Shown here piece after piece: positions 31,445 through 42,537 of a DNA stretch of 64,000 bases. Position 1 is the stretch's first letter, and each line of letters opens with the position of its first letter. The notes under the pieces were generated by a model that had not been told where the DNA came from, did not search any database, and worked only from the letters and a program-made list of their open reading frames with translations. Source of the stretch: a virus (lineage: Duplodnaviria > Caudoviricetes). Location: IMG/VR virus record IMGVR_UViG_3300021400_000095. The stretch is one strand, 5' to 3'. Both the position numbers and the translations under genes were made by a program.

Positions 31445-33421
31445 TTAGTTAGATAATTTGTTTTTAATATTAAGATAATTAAGTTGGCAGTTATATATTT
31501 TAAATGTTTTTATATCACCAATAAAACTTCCACAGAAATCTTTTTCAATTGGAAAAACATAATCATTTGTCTTATAATAATCAGGCAAAATTGATTCAAG
31601 GAGACCTTGTGTTCCACCACCCAATGACATATTATAAGGGACTGCTTCTTGTTTTTGATAAGTGTCATTTAATTCCCTAAAATTAAATTCATCAAGTTCC
31701 TTAGTAACAAAAACTAAAAATCCATTTACATAAAAATATAACTTCATTTTTCTTTTTCCCTTTTTAGGGTCACAAATACCATTAAATGATGGATTTATAA
31801 TTGATATTTTAACAGTTATATAATTCCATACATCAGGTTTAATAAGACCTGGTTTTGAATATTCTTCTTTAACTGTATAATGTTGGTCATTATCTGCATC
31901 ACAATCCAAAACAGCATATTTATAACCTATTGCACCATCATCAGTAATTCTAAGGCCAAAAGAATTGTTTTTAATATCTTTATATATGTTATATGGTATT
32001 GTATTTTCTTCTTGGTATTTATAAATGTTTTTGGTTGTATATCCTGTGCAGGTTCTATTCATTATTGGGAAATAATTAATATTTGACCAATCTTGTCTGC
32101 CAGTTAATGTGACTTTTGTTCCTTCAATCCAATCCTTAACAGTAAAGCCTTCTGGTGTTCTATCAAACATAAGGAACTTGTTGTCTGATTCAATTTCATA
32201 ATAACCTTTCTTTGTAATTAAATGACCAAATGTATCAGCAATTTGATTTTCATTAATGGTTGCATCTTCCATTAAATATGTATCTTCAATTGATTTTGGA
32301 CCATTATAACATTGGTCATCATAATATTCTGAATTAATATGGTCATCATCACAATTACATGGGCCTAATGGTTCCTTACATTTATTTTTTCCCTGACAGC
32401 AATATGAATTTTCTTCATATTTATACTCATAAAGACTACTGATATGCCAATCATAATCAGGAATGGATGTTATATTACATTCACAACCATCTTTTGGTAT
32501 ATATGGTTTATATTTTTTCTTTGGCTTTGGTTTTTTGCATTTATTGCAATCATTAGTTCCCTTATCATCATAATATTCAGGGTCAATATGATTATCATCA
32601 CAAGGGTCAGATTCTTCTGGAACAATATCTCTTAAATATTCATCAAACACAACATGGTTTTCCAAATCAAGGGTTTCACCACTTTCACCACAAATGGATG
32701 GGTCAAGATAACCATCATTTTTAATTGATTTTATTTTAAGTTCTTCTGTTGTTGCAGAATCCATTTTATATAAGTTGGCAAATTTATTTTCTGCTCTTGT
32801 TCCCATATAAAAGAATATTCCTTTATTTTCAGGATGAAGTGCATTAATAGTATCACCACCAATTTCATAATCTGTTCTTGGTCTTAACACAAAATGCAAG
32901 TTCCATTCAACATCAGGACCATTTGGAAGTGTTTGATAATCAAAACCAAAGAGTTTATAAAATCCTTGATAGAAGCCACCTTTGAGTGCAAGATATTTTT
33001 CAGTTTCATTTTCTTCAAGAAACATTGGATATGAGAATTGTTGTGTGTTTCCTGTTACTGGTGTAAAGAAAAATCTTGTATCACCTGATGGAATATCATA
33101 GGTACTTCCTGTTAATATTTTAAGGAAATCATAATTTGAAATCCTATCTCTTTCAAATCTTATAAGCCCATTATCAGGTCCTGTAAACCCAATATCTTCC
33201 ATTAATGTTCCATTGTTTACTGCATCTTCCCATACAACATCTGAATAGAGAATACCATCCTCAATATTCAAATTTGAAAAATCTGAAATTAAACATTTAT
33301 TAATGTCTGCATCACCATAGGTTTCACCCTTATAAAGCATGAAATCCCAATATTCATCCCTATATATTTTGCAATCAATGCTTCTAACATTATTATTTTT
33401 TATATTTTGATATGTAAGCAT
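31445..33421 (-). CDS. virion protein with LamG-like C-terminus and Cys-rich insert
   Basis: W..ITV, FYVNG.LV, SLGGG, FIGDI..FKIYN. Confidence 0.6.
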   Translation of the reverse strand: MLTYQNIKNNNVRSIDCKIYRDEYWDFMLYKGETYGDADINKCLISDFSNLNIEDGILYSDVVWEDAVNNGTLMEDIGFTGPDNGLIRFERDRISNYDFLKILTGSTYDIPSGDTRFFFTPVTGNTQQFSYPMFLEENETEKYLALKGGFYQGFYKLFGFDYQTLPNGPDVEWNLHFVLRPRTDYEIGGDTINALHPENKGIFFYMGTRAENKFANLYKMDSATTEELKIKSIKNDGYLDPSICGESGETLDLENHVVFDEYLRDIVPEESDPCDDNHIDPEYYDDKGTNDCNKCKKPKPKKKYKPYIPKDGCECNITSIPDYDWHISSLYEYKYEENSYCCQGKNKCKEPLGPCNCDDDHINSEYYDDQCYNGPKSIEDTYLMEDATINENQIADTFGHLITKKGYYEIESDNKFLMFDRTPEGFTVKDWIEGTKVTLTGRQDWSNINYFPIMNRTCTGYTTKNIYKYQEENTIPYNIYKDIKNNSFGLRITDDGAIGYKYAVLDCDADNDQHYTVKEEYSKPGLIKPDVWNYITVKISIINPSFNGICDPKKGKRKMKLYFYVNGFLVFVTKELDEFNFRELNDTYQKQEAVPYNMSLGGGTQGLLESILPDYYKTNDYVFPIEKDFCGSFIGDIKTFKIYNCQLNYLNIKNKLSN

Positions 33422-33513
33422 AGTTAAGATACTATTAGTCCTATATAAATAGTTTTTACAAAGGTATTATTTGTTTGTGTGCAATATTTTTTGTATTTTT
33501 GTAAAAAATATTA

Positions 33514-34167
33514 TTGATGGATAAAATAGAATCAGAAAATCTACTTAAAGAAATTGTGTTCACTGATGACTTCAATGAACTAAAAGAGTGGAAAATGAAA
33601 AAATATGAGATTTTAACTGAGTCATTAATTGATGAAGCATATGAAATAATGCATTGTTTTCAGCAAAAAATGCCAAATGTAAAGGGTGTAAATTTGAAAT
33701 CTATGATTTTGTATAATTATTTACTACAATTTCAAAAAACTTATGAGAATTTTAGTCACTTTTTCTTTTATGGAATGTATATAACATATTCATTTGAAAT
33801 GGCTGCAAATGTATCATCAGTTTCAAGTTTTATTGGTGAATATTTTAAGAATAGAAACAAAAATGAAATAACAACTAAAGAATACCTTTCAGCATTAGAA
33901 AAATGTGATAAATATGATGCATATGTTGAAGTATTAAATTGGCTTGCAAATAGCAAACCAAATTCAAATGATATTGATTATATCAAAAAATGCATGACAG
34001 GAACATTTAAAAACATGTTTGGTGAAGGAGAAGAAATTACATTATATAATTCAGAAACTTTTAATGTAGAAGCATTTATATATAAGACAAAACAAGATAT
34101 AATTAAAAAATGTCAAGAAACAATTGAAAAAATGCATACAAATATAATGAACTTTTTAGAAAATTAA
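33514..34167 (+). CDS. hypothetical protein
   Basis: 217 aa ORF after a TAnnTTTG promoter. Confidence 0.6.
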   Translation: MMDKIESENLLKEIVFTDDFNELKEWKMKKYEILTESLIDEAYEIMHCFQQKMPNVKGVNLKSMILYNYLLQFQKTYENFSHFFFYGMYITYSFEMAANVSSVSSFIGEYFKNRNKNEITTKEYLSALEKCDKYDAYVEVLNWLANSKPNSNDIDYIKKCMTGTFKNMFGEGEEITLYNSETFNVEAFIYKTKQDIIKKCQETIEKMHTNIMNFLEN

Positions 34168-34180
34168 AATTTAAAAATAT

Positions 34181-35356
34181 ATGGAAAAATCAGAACTTAA
34201 TAACAATACTGTTATCAAAAACATTTCATGTGACCAAAGTGAAATTCTTTACAATATTATGCAATTGCATAATAATGGTCAGCCATTTGAATGTGACATA
34301 ACAGCAAGTGAACTAAAATTTTACAAGAAAGGAAAAAAAGATAAATATGATATTCCTATTCCTAAAATTTTAATGGATGTTTATCCACTGAGAGAAGATA
34401 TTATTAAAATTACACCATTTCAGAAACTACCATTGGAAGACAATAGTATTTCAAGTATTGTTGTTGATTTACCTTTTGTTATTTCACCTAGAGATTGTAA
34501 GTCAAAAATTGAGAATAAGGATGGTAGTAATCTTATAAGTAATAGATTTTCTTCTTTTTACCCAGCTGATGAGTTATTTGAAAACATATATTGGTGGATA
34601 AAAGAATGTTATAGAGTTGTTAAGGATGGTGGAATTGTTGTTTGGAAATTTCAATCAACTGTAAGTGGAGGTAGAGAGTGCTGGGGTGCACCTTTTTCAT
34701 TTATGGTTGCTGATAAGGTTGGCTTCTACATTAAGGATGAATTTATTCTTGAAGCCAAGGCAAGACTTATTTCAGCATCAAAAATAAATAAGCAAAAACA
34801 TGCAAGAAAATACACATCTACTTTCTGGGTTTTTCAAAAAGACCCTGTTTTAGCAGGAAAAAATAGTTGTTTCAGATGGCTTGAATTATGTGAAAAGCAA
34901 AATCTTGAAGGAAAGGTTTGGGATAATACAATGAAAAATAAAGAAATTAACAAAGAACTTGACCTTAAATATATTTCTAAAAGCAAAAGAAGACAACATA
35001 AAGATAAAAATATAGAAGAGAGTACTATGTTTGAGTTAAATAGAGAAAAATATAATAAGAAAATAGAAGAAGAAACTAAACTTACTTATTATGAGCAAAT
35101 AAAGCAAAAAGTAAGAGAAAGACATCAGAATCATGAAGAAAATAAAAATGTTGTTGAAGATAAAAAGCCTGATGTTATAGAAGAGGTTAAGAAGATAAAT
35201 AAGATTCAACAATTTTCTTTGGATGGAAATTTAATTAAAGAATGGAATACATATTCTGAAATCACAAAGGAATTAGGTATTTCAAGTTCATCATTGTCAC
35301 AATGTATTAGAGGAAAAATCAAGACAAGTGGTGGATATATTTGGAAAAAGATTTAA
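34181..35356 (+). CDS. DNA methyltransferase-like domain fused to a C-terminal NUMOD1-type HTH
   Basis: LPLEDNSISSIVVDLPF, ECYRVVKDGG..V.K, KHARK; C-terminal QFSLDGNLIKEW ... I..C.RGK.KT.GGYIWK. Confidence 0.7.
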   Translation: MEKSELNNNTVIKNISCDQSEILYNIMQLHNNGQPFECDITASELKFYKKGKKDKYDIPIPKILMDVYPLREDIIKITPFQKLPLEDNSISSIVVDLPFVISPRDCKSKIENKDGSNLISNRFSSFYPADELFENIYWWIKECYRVVKDGGIVVWKFQSTVSGGRECWGAPFSFMVADKVGFYIKDEFILEAKARLISASKINKQKHARKYTSTFWVFQKDPVLAGKNSCFRWLELCEKQNLEGKVWDNTMKNKEINKELDLKYISKSKRRQHKDKNIEESTMFELNREKYNKKIEEETKLTYYEQIKQKVRERHQNHEENKNVVEDKKPDVIEEVKKINKIQQFSLDGNLIKEWNTYSEITKELGISSSSLSQCIRGKIKTSGGYIWKKI

Positions 35357-35410
35357 TAAATGTATTAGTTTGGTATAATTTTTGTAGTTATCTAAATAAA
35401 ATTTTTTAGT

Positions 35411-36439
35411 ATGGCTGAAAAAAATTATTATGAAATATTAGGTGTTCAAAAAACTGCAACTGATGATGAAATAAAAAAAGCATTTAAAAAATTGGCAATG
35501 CAATTTCACCCTGACAGATTTGCAGGGAAGCCTGAAAAAGAACAGAAGGAAGCTGAAGCAAAGTTTAAGGACATTAATGAGGCATATCATGTTCTATCTG
35601 ACCCTAAAAAAAGACAAGAATATGATAATCCAACACCTGAAGGATTTTCTGGTTTTCCACCAGGTTTTGACCCATTTGGTGTTTTTAGAAGAAGAAGTAG
35701 AAATGTAATGAATATTGGGTCTGATGTTCTTATTAACATGCAGATTTCAATTTATGAAGCATATTCAGGAATAAAGAAAAAAATAACATATCAGAGAGAG
35801 GAACATTGTCCTGATTGTAATGGTACAGGTTCTATTGATGGTAAAGAAGTTGCTTGTCCTCATTGTGGTGGTACTGGTATGATTAAGCAAGAATCAGTAA
35901 ATGGTTATATGCATACCATTAACATGACTCCATGCCCATATTGTAATGGTACAGGAAAAATTGTACAAAATCCTTGTAAATCCTGTAATGGAACAGGTTT
36001 GAAATTAAAGACTGTTACTGAAGAAGTTGAAATTCCAAAGGGTGTTTTTAATGGTGCACAGTTACAAATAAATGGTTTAGGTAATGCACCAAAGGGTAAT
36101 GGATATAATGGGAATTTAATTCTTAATGTTAGTATTGCACCTGACCCATACTTTACATTAGACAATAAAAGTTTTGACATTATTCATTATGAAAACATTA
36201 AATTTAATGAAGCAATGTTGGGTTGTGAAAGAGAGATTAGGTTTATTGATGGAACAACCAAGAAGTTAACAATACATGAATGTACAAAGGACAAAGAAGT
36301 AATTGTATATCATGGTAAGGGAATGTTTAATGTTCAACAAAATTATGGTTATGGTGATTATAGGGTAATTATCAATTATATTTATCCTACAACACTTAAT
36401 AAGGACCAAAAAAAGATGTTGGAGGAATTTAAATGGTAA
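35411..36439 (+). CDS. dnaJ: DnaJ chaperone
   Basis: J domain with HPD; four CxxCxGxG zinc repeats. Confidence 0.95.
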   Translation: MAEKNYYEILGVQKTATDDEIKKAFKKLAMQFHPDRFAGKPEKEQKEAEAKFKDINEAYHVLSDPKKRQEYDNPTPEGFSGFPPGFDPFGVFRRRSRNVMNIGSDVLINMQISIYEAYSGIKKKITYQREEHCPDCNGTGSIDGKEVACPHCGGTGMIKQESVNGYMHTINMTPCPYCNGTGKIVQNPCKSCNGTGLKLKTVTEEVEIPKGVFNGAQLQINGLGNAPKGNGYNGNLILNVSIAPDPYFTLDNKSFDIIHYENIKFNEAMLGCEREIRFIDGTTKKLTIHECTKDKEVIVYHGKGMFNVQQNYGYGDYRVIINYIYPTTLNKDQKKMLEEFKW

Positions 36440-37107
36440 AAGAAATTATAATTGGAACTGATTTAATTGATGAAATTAAATTATATGATGTAATTTTAGT
36501 TGGAACAACAATAAAAAATGCATTAGGAAATGGTTTTCAACATAAAATAGCAATTAATTTCAGGAATGTTTTGTTAGAAAATGAAAAAACAAAATATGAT
36601 GACCCAAGAAAATTAGGCACATGTAAAGTTGTCACTACATATCAAAAAGAAGGTTTTCCAATATTTGTATTATGTTATATAACAAAAGGAAGATATAGAC
36701 CTGATAAAAAACCTGATGCTCTTGATTATAATGCTTTAAGGTCCTGTCTTGAATTGGTCAATGAACATTTTAAGGGGAAAAAAGTTGCAACAACATTAAT
36801 AGGTAATTCTCCATTTGAAGGTGGTGGTGATGATAAAAAAATATATGAAATAATTGCAGATACTTGTGATGATATTGACTTATATATATATGATTATCTT
36901 CAAGAAGATTATGTAAAAGAAGATAAAAAAAGATTTGTTGAAATTGTAAACAATAGAAATGAGGATAAAATCACAAGAGAGGAATATGAAGAAAAAATGA
37001 AACAACTTTTATGGGAAGAAAATTTTGGTATATACAATAAAATGCCAGAAAATGTTTCATTATATGAATTAAAGAAAAAAATTAAAGAAATAAAATCACA
37101 ATGGTGA
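36433..37107 (+). CDS. macro-domain-like protein
   Basis: LGNGF...IA..F, LGT, DYNAL.SCL, IG..P..GGG. Confidence 0.5.
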   Translation: MVKEIIIGTDLIDEIKLYDVILVGTTIKNALGNGFQHKIAINFRNVLLENEKTKYDDPRKLGTCKVVTTYQKEGFPIFVLCYITKGRYRPDKKPDALDYNALRSCLELVNEHFKGKKVATTLIGNSPFEGGGDDKKIYEIIADTCDDIDLYIYDYLQEDYVKEDKKRFVEIVNNRNEDKITREEYEEKMKQLLWEENFGIYNKMPENVSLYELKKKIKEIKSQW

Positions 37108-37136
37108 TTGGTATAATTTTTGTAATATAAAAAAAT

Positions 37137-37610
37137 ATGAAAGAAATAGTTATTTTAAGTTTAGTTTTATTTTGCTTGATTGTTTTTGGCATATTGGCAA
37201 CTTATTATGATAGAACTAATATGTCAGTATTGTATAATCCTGAAAGTTTTGAAACCAATATTTTATTTAATAACTTGGACAGAGAGATTGAGTTTAAAAT
37301 TAAAAATCTGAGTATCAAGAGTGAATATAGAAGAGTGTTATATAGAATTAAACCAAAAAATATTTTTGAAAAAATATTTAATAAATGGAGATATTTTTAT
37401 GGTGAACACTTTGGATTATATGATGTTAGTGAATTTGAATTTTACAATGAAAAATGTAAAACTGTAAAAGATGTACTTCTTGCAGAATCTGAAAATTGTG
37501 AAATATTAAAATATTTTGCTATGGATGATGGTTGGGAAAAATATTCAAAAGTAAAAAATAAAAAAGAAAAATTTAAAGAAAAAATTAAATTATTAAATAG
37601 TGAAAAATGA
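37137..37610 (+). CDS. membrane-anchored hypothetical protein
   Basis: N-terminal TM segment. Confidence 0.55.
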   Translation: MKEIVILSLVLFCLIVFGILATYYDRTNMSVLYNPESFETNILFNNLDREIEFKIKNLSIKSEYRRVLYRIKPKNIFEKIFNKWRYFYGEHFGLYDVSEFEFYNEKCKTVKDVLLAESENCEILKYFAMDDGWEKYSKVKNKKEKFKEKIKLLNSEK

Positions 37611-38077
37611 TTGGAACATTAACTTTTAAAAAATTTACAGGTGAAAAACTTGAAAATGTTGAAGAATATATAAAGGATTATTGTAAAGACCACAATAATA
37701 TTGAAATAATGGTTGGAACTGATTCACAAAATAAGGGTGGAAAAACTTACTACTCAACTGTTATTGCATTATATACACCAGGCCATGGTGCACATTGTAT
37801 TTTTAAAAGATGGAACACACCAAGGGAAAGGATTAGAAATATAAGACTTATGAATGAAGTTGCAGCAAGTGTTGAAACTGCTGAAAGTATATACCATTAT
37901 AATGGTTGTCCAAAGCCAAAATATATTGACATTGATATTAATCCTAATCCAAAATATAAGTCAAATGAAGTTTATGCAGCAGCAAAAGGCTGGTGTGAAG
38001 GTCTTGGTTATGAAGTAAGATTTAAAACTCTTGGACCACTTGTAACAACATTGGCTGATTGGCTTGTTAAAAACTAA
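37607..38077 (+). CDS. RNase H-like YkuK/DUF458 family protein
   Basis: VGTDSQ, G.GAH, RL..EV..S, DIDIN....YKSN, AD. Confidence 0.8.
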   Translation: MIGTLTFKKFTGEKLENVEEYIKDYCKDHNNIEIMVGTDSQNKGGKTYYSTVIALYTPGHGAHCIFKRWNTPRERIRNIRLMNEVAASVETAESIYHYNGCPKPKYIDIDINPNPKYKSNEVYAAAKGWCEGLGYEVRFKTLGPLVTTLADWLVKN

Positions 38078-38098
38078 AATATAAAAATTAAAATAATT

Positions 38099-38599
38099 AT
38101 GTACAAAAAAATTATATTTCTTGATATTGATGGTACAATGTCTTCAATTCCTTTTCTTTGTAAAGGAAAAGGGTTCATTGACCCTGAATGTGTCAAGAAA
38201 TTAAACACATTAAAAGATATTGATGCTGAAATTGTAATCAGTTCAACCTGGGGAGAAGATGCAGATGAGCCACTTATGGAACTTGGATTAGAAATACCAA
38301 TTATTGACCATACTGAACATTTTCATGTAGATTGGCTTTGTAGAGGTAATGAAATTGAGAAATGGCTTTGTGTTAATTTTGGTGGAATGTGTACAAAATA
38401 TGGAGTTTCAAACGATGACGGTATTCCATATTATAGAAAGCATTTTCATGAAGAAGATATTGATTATGAATATGTTATATTTGATGATGATACTGATTTC
38501 CTTCTTGGCCAAAAAGACAATTTCATTCATGTTAATGAGCAAACTGGCATCACTGATGAAGATATAGAAAAAGCAAGGAACATTTTAACTAGAAAATAA
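38099..38599 (+). CDS. HAD-family phosphatase (Swiss-Army-Knife RNA-repair-like HAD)
   Basis: IFLDIDG, IVISSTW, RG.EI..WL, YVIFDDD. Confidence 0.85.
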   Translation: MYKKIIFLDIDGTMSSIPFLCKGKGFIDPECVKKLNTLKDIDAEIVISSTWGEDADEPLMELGLEIPIIDHTEHFHVDWLCRGNEIEKWLCVNFGGMCTKYGVSNDDGIPYYRKHFHEEDIDYEYVIFDDDTDFLLGQKDNFIHVNEQTGITDEDIEKARNILTRK

Positions 38600-38651
38600 G
38601 TACATTAGGTATAATTTTTGTAATATAACTTATATATAAATCATAACAACA

Positions 38652-39161
38652 ATGACAAATAAATTAATTTTAACTGATGAGCATATTAAACTTATTAAAA
38701 ATATTAAGTTTAATGAATTTGACATGGGTGAAACATTCAATATTGATTTCCTTCTAAATGCAATTGAAGAAATTGAATCTTGTCCAGAAAACATGAAGAA
38801 ATATGGACAGCTCAGGGACCAACTTGTAAGGCTAAAAGATAAAATACTTAATATATCAGACCTTAAAGAATGTCATGCTTGGGGAATTAATCAGTGGAAT
38901 CTTTTTGGTGGTACTTATGTAATGGAAGATGTTGCTCTTATTTTGGGGCATTATGGTGATTTTATTCCTGGAACTGAAGAAAGCCCAATGGGTAAACAAT
39001 ATCCAAAGGAACTTGAAGACCATTTTTGGGAATTGTATTTATATATTGTTGAAAATCTAACTGATATTATTAAATTGGTTTTGCAATTTATGGACTGTGG
39101 TGGTATTAGTGCAGGTGAATATAAATTTGATAAAAAAGAATATTGTTGGGTTAAAAAATAA
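38652..39161 (+). CDS. hypothetical protein
   Basis: LTDEHIKLI ... FGG....EDVA.ILG. Confidence 0.65.
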   Translation: MTNKLILTDEHIKLIKNIKFNEFDMGETFNIDFLLNAIEEIESCPENMKKYGQLRDQLVRLKDKILNISDLKECHAWGINQWNLFGGTYVMEDVALILGHYGDFIPGTEESPMGKQYPKELEDHFWELYLYIVENLTDIIKLVLQFMDCGGISAGEYKFDKKEYCWVKK

Positions 39162-39167
39162 AAAATT

Positions 39168-39602
39168 ATGCTTCTTACACTTATATTATTTGCAATTTTG
39201 TTTTGTAGTATTTATTCTGTAATTTCAGCATCAAAAGATGTAGGAATAGATGATTCACCAGGCCTTTATTTGTTAATATTTTATTTCCATCTAATTTTAC
39301 TTGGTGCATGTGTTTATTGTGTTGTTGATTTATCAGATAACAAAACTGAGTATTTTGAATTCCAAAAAGAATATGCAGAAGTTGAGTATTTGGTTAAAAC
39401 TTATAACATAGACTTTGATGAAAATGGTGATTATTTACTTGACATTAAAGAGAAAGTATTTTATATTAATCAAAAAATTGAAAAGTGTAAAAAAAAGGTG
39501 AATAATCCTTTCTGTAAAGAGTTTTATCCTAAAGAAATTGCTGAAGCAGAACCTATTAATTTTGATTTTAATAATTTAATAAAAGTAAATAACAATGAGT
39601 GA
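39168..39602 (+). CDS. membrane protein
   Basis: two TM segments. Confidence 0.55.
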   Translation: MLLTLILFAILFCSIYSVISASKDVGIDDSPGLYLLIFYFHLILLGACVYCVVDLSDNKTEYFEFQKEYAEVEYLVKTYNIDFDENGDYLLDIKEKVFYINQKIEKCKKKVNNPFCKEFYPKEIAEAEPINFDFNNLIKVNNNE

Positions 39603-39897
39603 ATTTTGTAAAATTTGTGGGGCAGAAAAAATAGAAGGTGTTTGCCCAAATGCAGAAATGCATATTAAGAAAATGTGTATTAATTGCAATAGTTGTAATG
39701 AAAAAGATAATTTAATGTTTTGTAACAATGAAGATAATCTTAAAGATGCAACAAATGCAATGTTGAAATATGTTCCAAAGGGTTATTTAGTTGAAACATT
39801 AACTTTAAGCCCTATTGCACTTAAAGACCCAACTAAAAAGTGTATAAGATGGACTCTTAATGAAAACATTGTTCTATCTGAACTTGAAAATCTTTAA
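39595..39897 (+). CDS. Cys-rich zinc-binding hypothetical protein
   Basis: CKICG..C, CINC..C..C..C. Confidence 0.6.
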   Translation: MSEFCKICGAEKIEGVCPNAEMHIKKMCINCNSCNEKDNLMFCNNEDNLKDATNAMLKYVPKGYLVETLTLSPIALKDPTKKCIRWTLNENIVLSELENL

Positions 39898-39934
39898 TTT
39901 TTATTTTAAAATAACTTAAATTAAAACTTTTAAT

Positions 39935-40798
39935 ATGGATTTAAAAACTATTAAAGGTAGTCTTACTGTTAGAAATGACACAATTAACAGCTATCTTAAA
40001 GATATAAACAAATACCCTGTTCTTTCTGCTGATGAAGAAAATGAACTAATCAGTTTAATCAGAGAAAATAATGAACATTCAAAAGAATATAGAGATAAAT
40101 TGATTAGTTGTAATCAGAGATTTGTCTTTGCTATTGCAAAAAGATATTGCTCTGATGAAAGAGTACTTGACCTTGTTGATGAAGGAAATATTGGACTGAT
40201 GGAAGCAATAGATAAGTATGACCCAACTGTTGGTGTCAGATTCCTTTCCTATGCTGTTTGGTATATCAGAAGAAGTATTAACTATTACTTAATTAATGAT
40301 AACCTCATGATTAAGAAATCAAATAATATGAAACTTGGTACAAAAACAAGTACCATTGAAAATAAATTCTTCTGTGAAAATGGTAGATATCCAAGTGATA
40401 ATGAAATTATTGATATCTTAAAAAATGAATATGATATTGATATTAATAATAAAATTGATGTTATTGAAGTAAAAACTAATTCCATTAACTCAACCCTTAC
40501 TGAAGATAATACATCATGTACTGTTGAAAATTCTTCTGAATTTGTTGATAAAACTGCAAGTTATAATGACTATGAAAAACAAATGGAAAAAGAACATGCA
40601 ACTAAAACTGTTGAACATTACCTCTCTTTCTTGAATGAAAGAAATGCTACAATCCTTAAAATGAGTTATGGCATTGGATATAATAAAGAATATACTAACT
40701 ATGAAATTGCTGAAGAACTAGGCTTGTCTTCTGAAAGAGTTAGACAACTTAAAACTGAATCAATGCAAAAACTACAAAAAGCAGCAAAATATAATTAA
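39935..40798 (+). CDS. sigma-70 family RNA polymerase sigma factor
   Basis: YLKDI..YP.L...EE; N.RFV..IAKRY, DL..EGNIGL..A..KYDP..G.RF.SYAVWYIR; region 4 EIA..LGLS.ERVRQ. Confidence 0.93.
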   Translation: MDLKTIKGSLTVRNDTINSYLKDINKYPVLSADEENELISLIRENNEHSKEYRDKLISCNQRFVFAIAKRYCSDERVLDLVDEGNIGLMEAIDKYDPTVGVRFLSYAVWYIRRSINYYLINDNLMIKKSNNMKLGTKTSTIENKFFCENGRYPSDNEIIDILKNEYDIDINNKIDVIEVKTNSINSTLTEDNTSCTVENSSEFVDKTASYNDYEKQMEKEHATKTVEHYLSFLNERNATILKMSYGIGYNKEYTNYEIAEELGLSSERVRQLKTESMQKLQKAAKYN

Positions 40799-40935
40799 TA
40801 ATAAAAGGCTCAGAGACAAATCTGAGCCTTTATCTTTAATATATACATTTTTATTGTTAATTTATGATGGATTTACAGTACTAAAATAGATGTTCTCTGG
40901 GTAGTTTCCATTACATGCTTCATAAAATATCTTCA

Positions 40936-42537
40936 TCAAACCTTTCCCTGCATAACTACAAAATCTGTAGAACCAGAACATTCTTCATATAAACTGGTTG
41001 CTGGTAATGTTGCATAAACAGTGTAAAAACCAACTACAAGACCTGATATAGTAAAACTTGCTTGACCTTCAATAACTGAACTTGTATATGTTGTCCCATT
41101 AACTGTAATGCTGCAATCCCCAACATAATCCTCAAAGGTATAAACTGTTATTTCTACTGGACTATTTGGGGCAGCATCTCCTACTTCAATAGATATTACA
41201 TTAGTACTCTTAGATATCCACCCTGTAGGAATACCAGATGTACCTGTTGTCCATCCTGTCATTGATGGGTCTTTTACAAATGTACCAGTACTTGCCACAC
41301 TACTTACCCAATCTGTTGTACAACCATTTGCAGAAATATCAGTTGCTAAACATTTGATATAGTTTAAATTACTACAACCATTAAACATACTTTCATAACA
41401 ACTTTCTGTTAATGTAGTTGCAGGTAATACAGGTGCTGTTGTTAAACTAGTACATCCAGCAAACATATAACTATAACAATAAGAACCTAAAGTAGTATCT
41501 GATAATACAGGTGCTTGAATTAAATTAGTACAACCTTGGAACATTCCATAATAGCAACCTGATGTTAATGTAGTAGCTGGTAATGCAGGTGCAGTTACTA
41601 AACTAGTACAACCATAAAACATTTGACTATAACAACCATCTGTTAATGTTGTTGCTGGTAATGCAGGTGCTGTTGTTAAACTAGTACAACCATAAAACAT
41701 ATAACTATAGCAATAATCTGCTAATGTAGTTACTGATAATTCTGGTGCTGTTGTTAAAGTAGTACAACCACTAAACATACCACAATAACAACTGTTTGCT
41801 AAAGTAGTTGCAGGTAATTCTGGTGCACCTGTTAAACTAGTACAACCTTGGAACATATAAAGACAAGCATAGTCAGCCATTGTAGTTGCAGAAGTTCCAA
41901 TACTACTTGGACTTTGTGCTAAACTAGTACAGTCTTCAAACATATATTGATAACACTTTTCTGATAAAGTGGTTGCAGGTAAAAGTAATTCACTTGCATC
42001 AATTAAACCAGTACATCCATAAAACAAGCCAGCAAATGCATATCTATCAGACAATGTTGTTGAACCAGTATTAATTAAACTCATTATATTACCTTTAGCA
42101 CTAAAACTACATGTACTTCCACTAAAACAGTTATAAGAAGAATTTGTTCCATATGCTGTATTATTACCCCTAAATTGGACTGTATCACCAGAAACTACTG
42201 AAATACTAGTACCACCTGTTGTTGATGTTATTGATGTCCATTCACCTCCATTCTTACTATATTCTATGGTTCTTGTTGGAGCACTTGTTCTTGTTTTTTT
42301 CCATGTAATATCACCATCACTTTGAATTTCAAATGTCAATGGTGTTTCAAGAAATTTTTCCTCTTCAGTTTTATTATAGTCAACTCTTGCAACATCAGGT
42401 ACTTCTTCATCAGTTACAGGAATATTTTCATCAAGATTGTACTCAGTTAAACTGAGCCATGGTTCATCATAATTTTCAACTGACCTTTTGTTATCAAAAG
42501 AATTTTCATTATTGAAATAAAGTATGTATTTACTCAT
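40936..42537 (-). CDS. BspA-type leucine-rich-repeat virion/surface protein
   Basis: about nine LPATTL...CY..MF.GCTSL..AP repeats; C-terminal Ig-like domain; late motif upstream. Confidence 0.85.
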   Translation of the reverse strand: MSKYILYFNNENSFDNKRSVENYDEPWLSLTEYNLDENIPVTDEEVPDVARVDYNKTEEEKFLETPLTFEIQSDGDITWKKTRTSAPTRTIEYSKNGGEWTSITSTTGGTSISVVSGDTVQFRGNNTAYGTNSSYNCFSGSTCSFSAKGNIMSLINTGSTTLSDRYAFAGLFYGCTGLIDASELLLPATTLSEKCYQYMFEDCTSLAQSPSSIGTSATTMADYACLYMFQGCTSLTGAPELPATTLANSCYCGMFSGCTTLTTAPELSVTTLADYCYSYMFYGCTSLTTAPALPATTLTDGCYSQMFYGCTSLVTAPALPATTLTSGCYYGMFQGCTNLIQAPVLSDTTLGSYCYSYMFAGCTSLTTAPVLPATTLTESCYESMFNGCSNLNYIKCLATDISANGCTTDWVSSVASTGTFVKDPSMTGWTTGTSGIPTGWISKSTNVISIEVGDAAPNSPVEITVYTFEDYVGDCSITVNGTTYTSSVIEGQASFTISGLVVGFYTVYATLPATSLYEECSGSTDFVVMQGKV

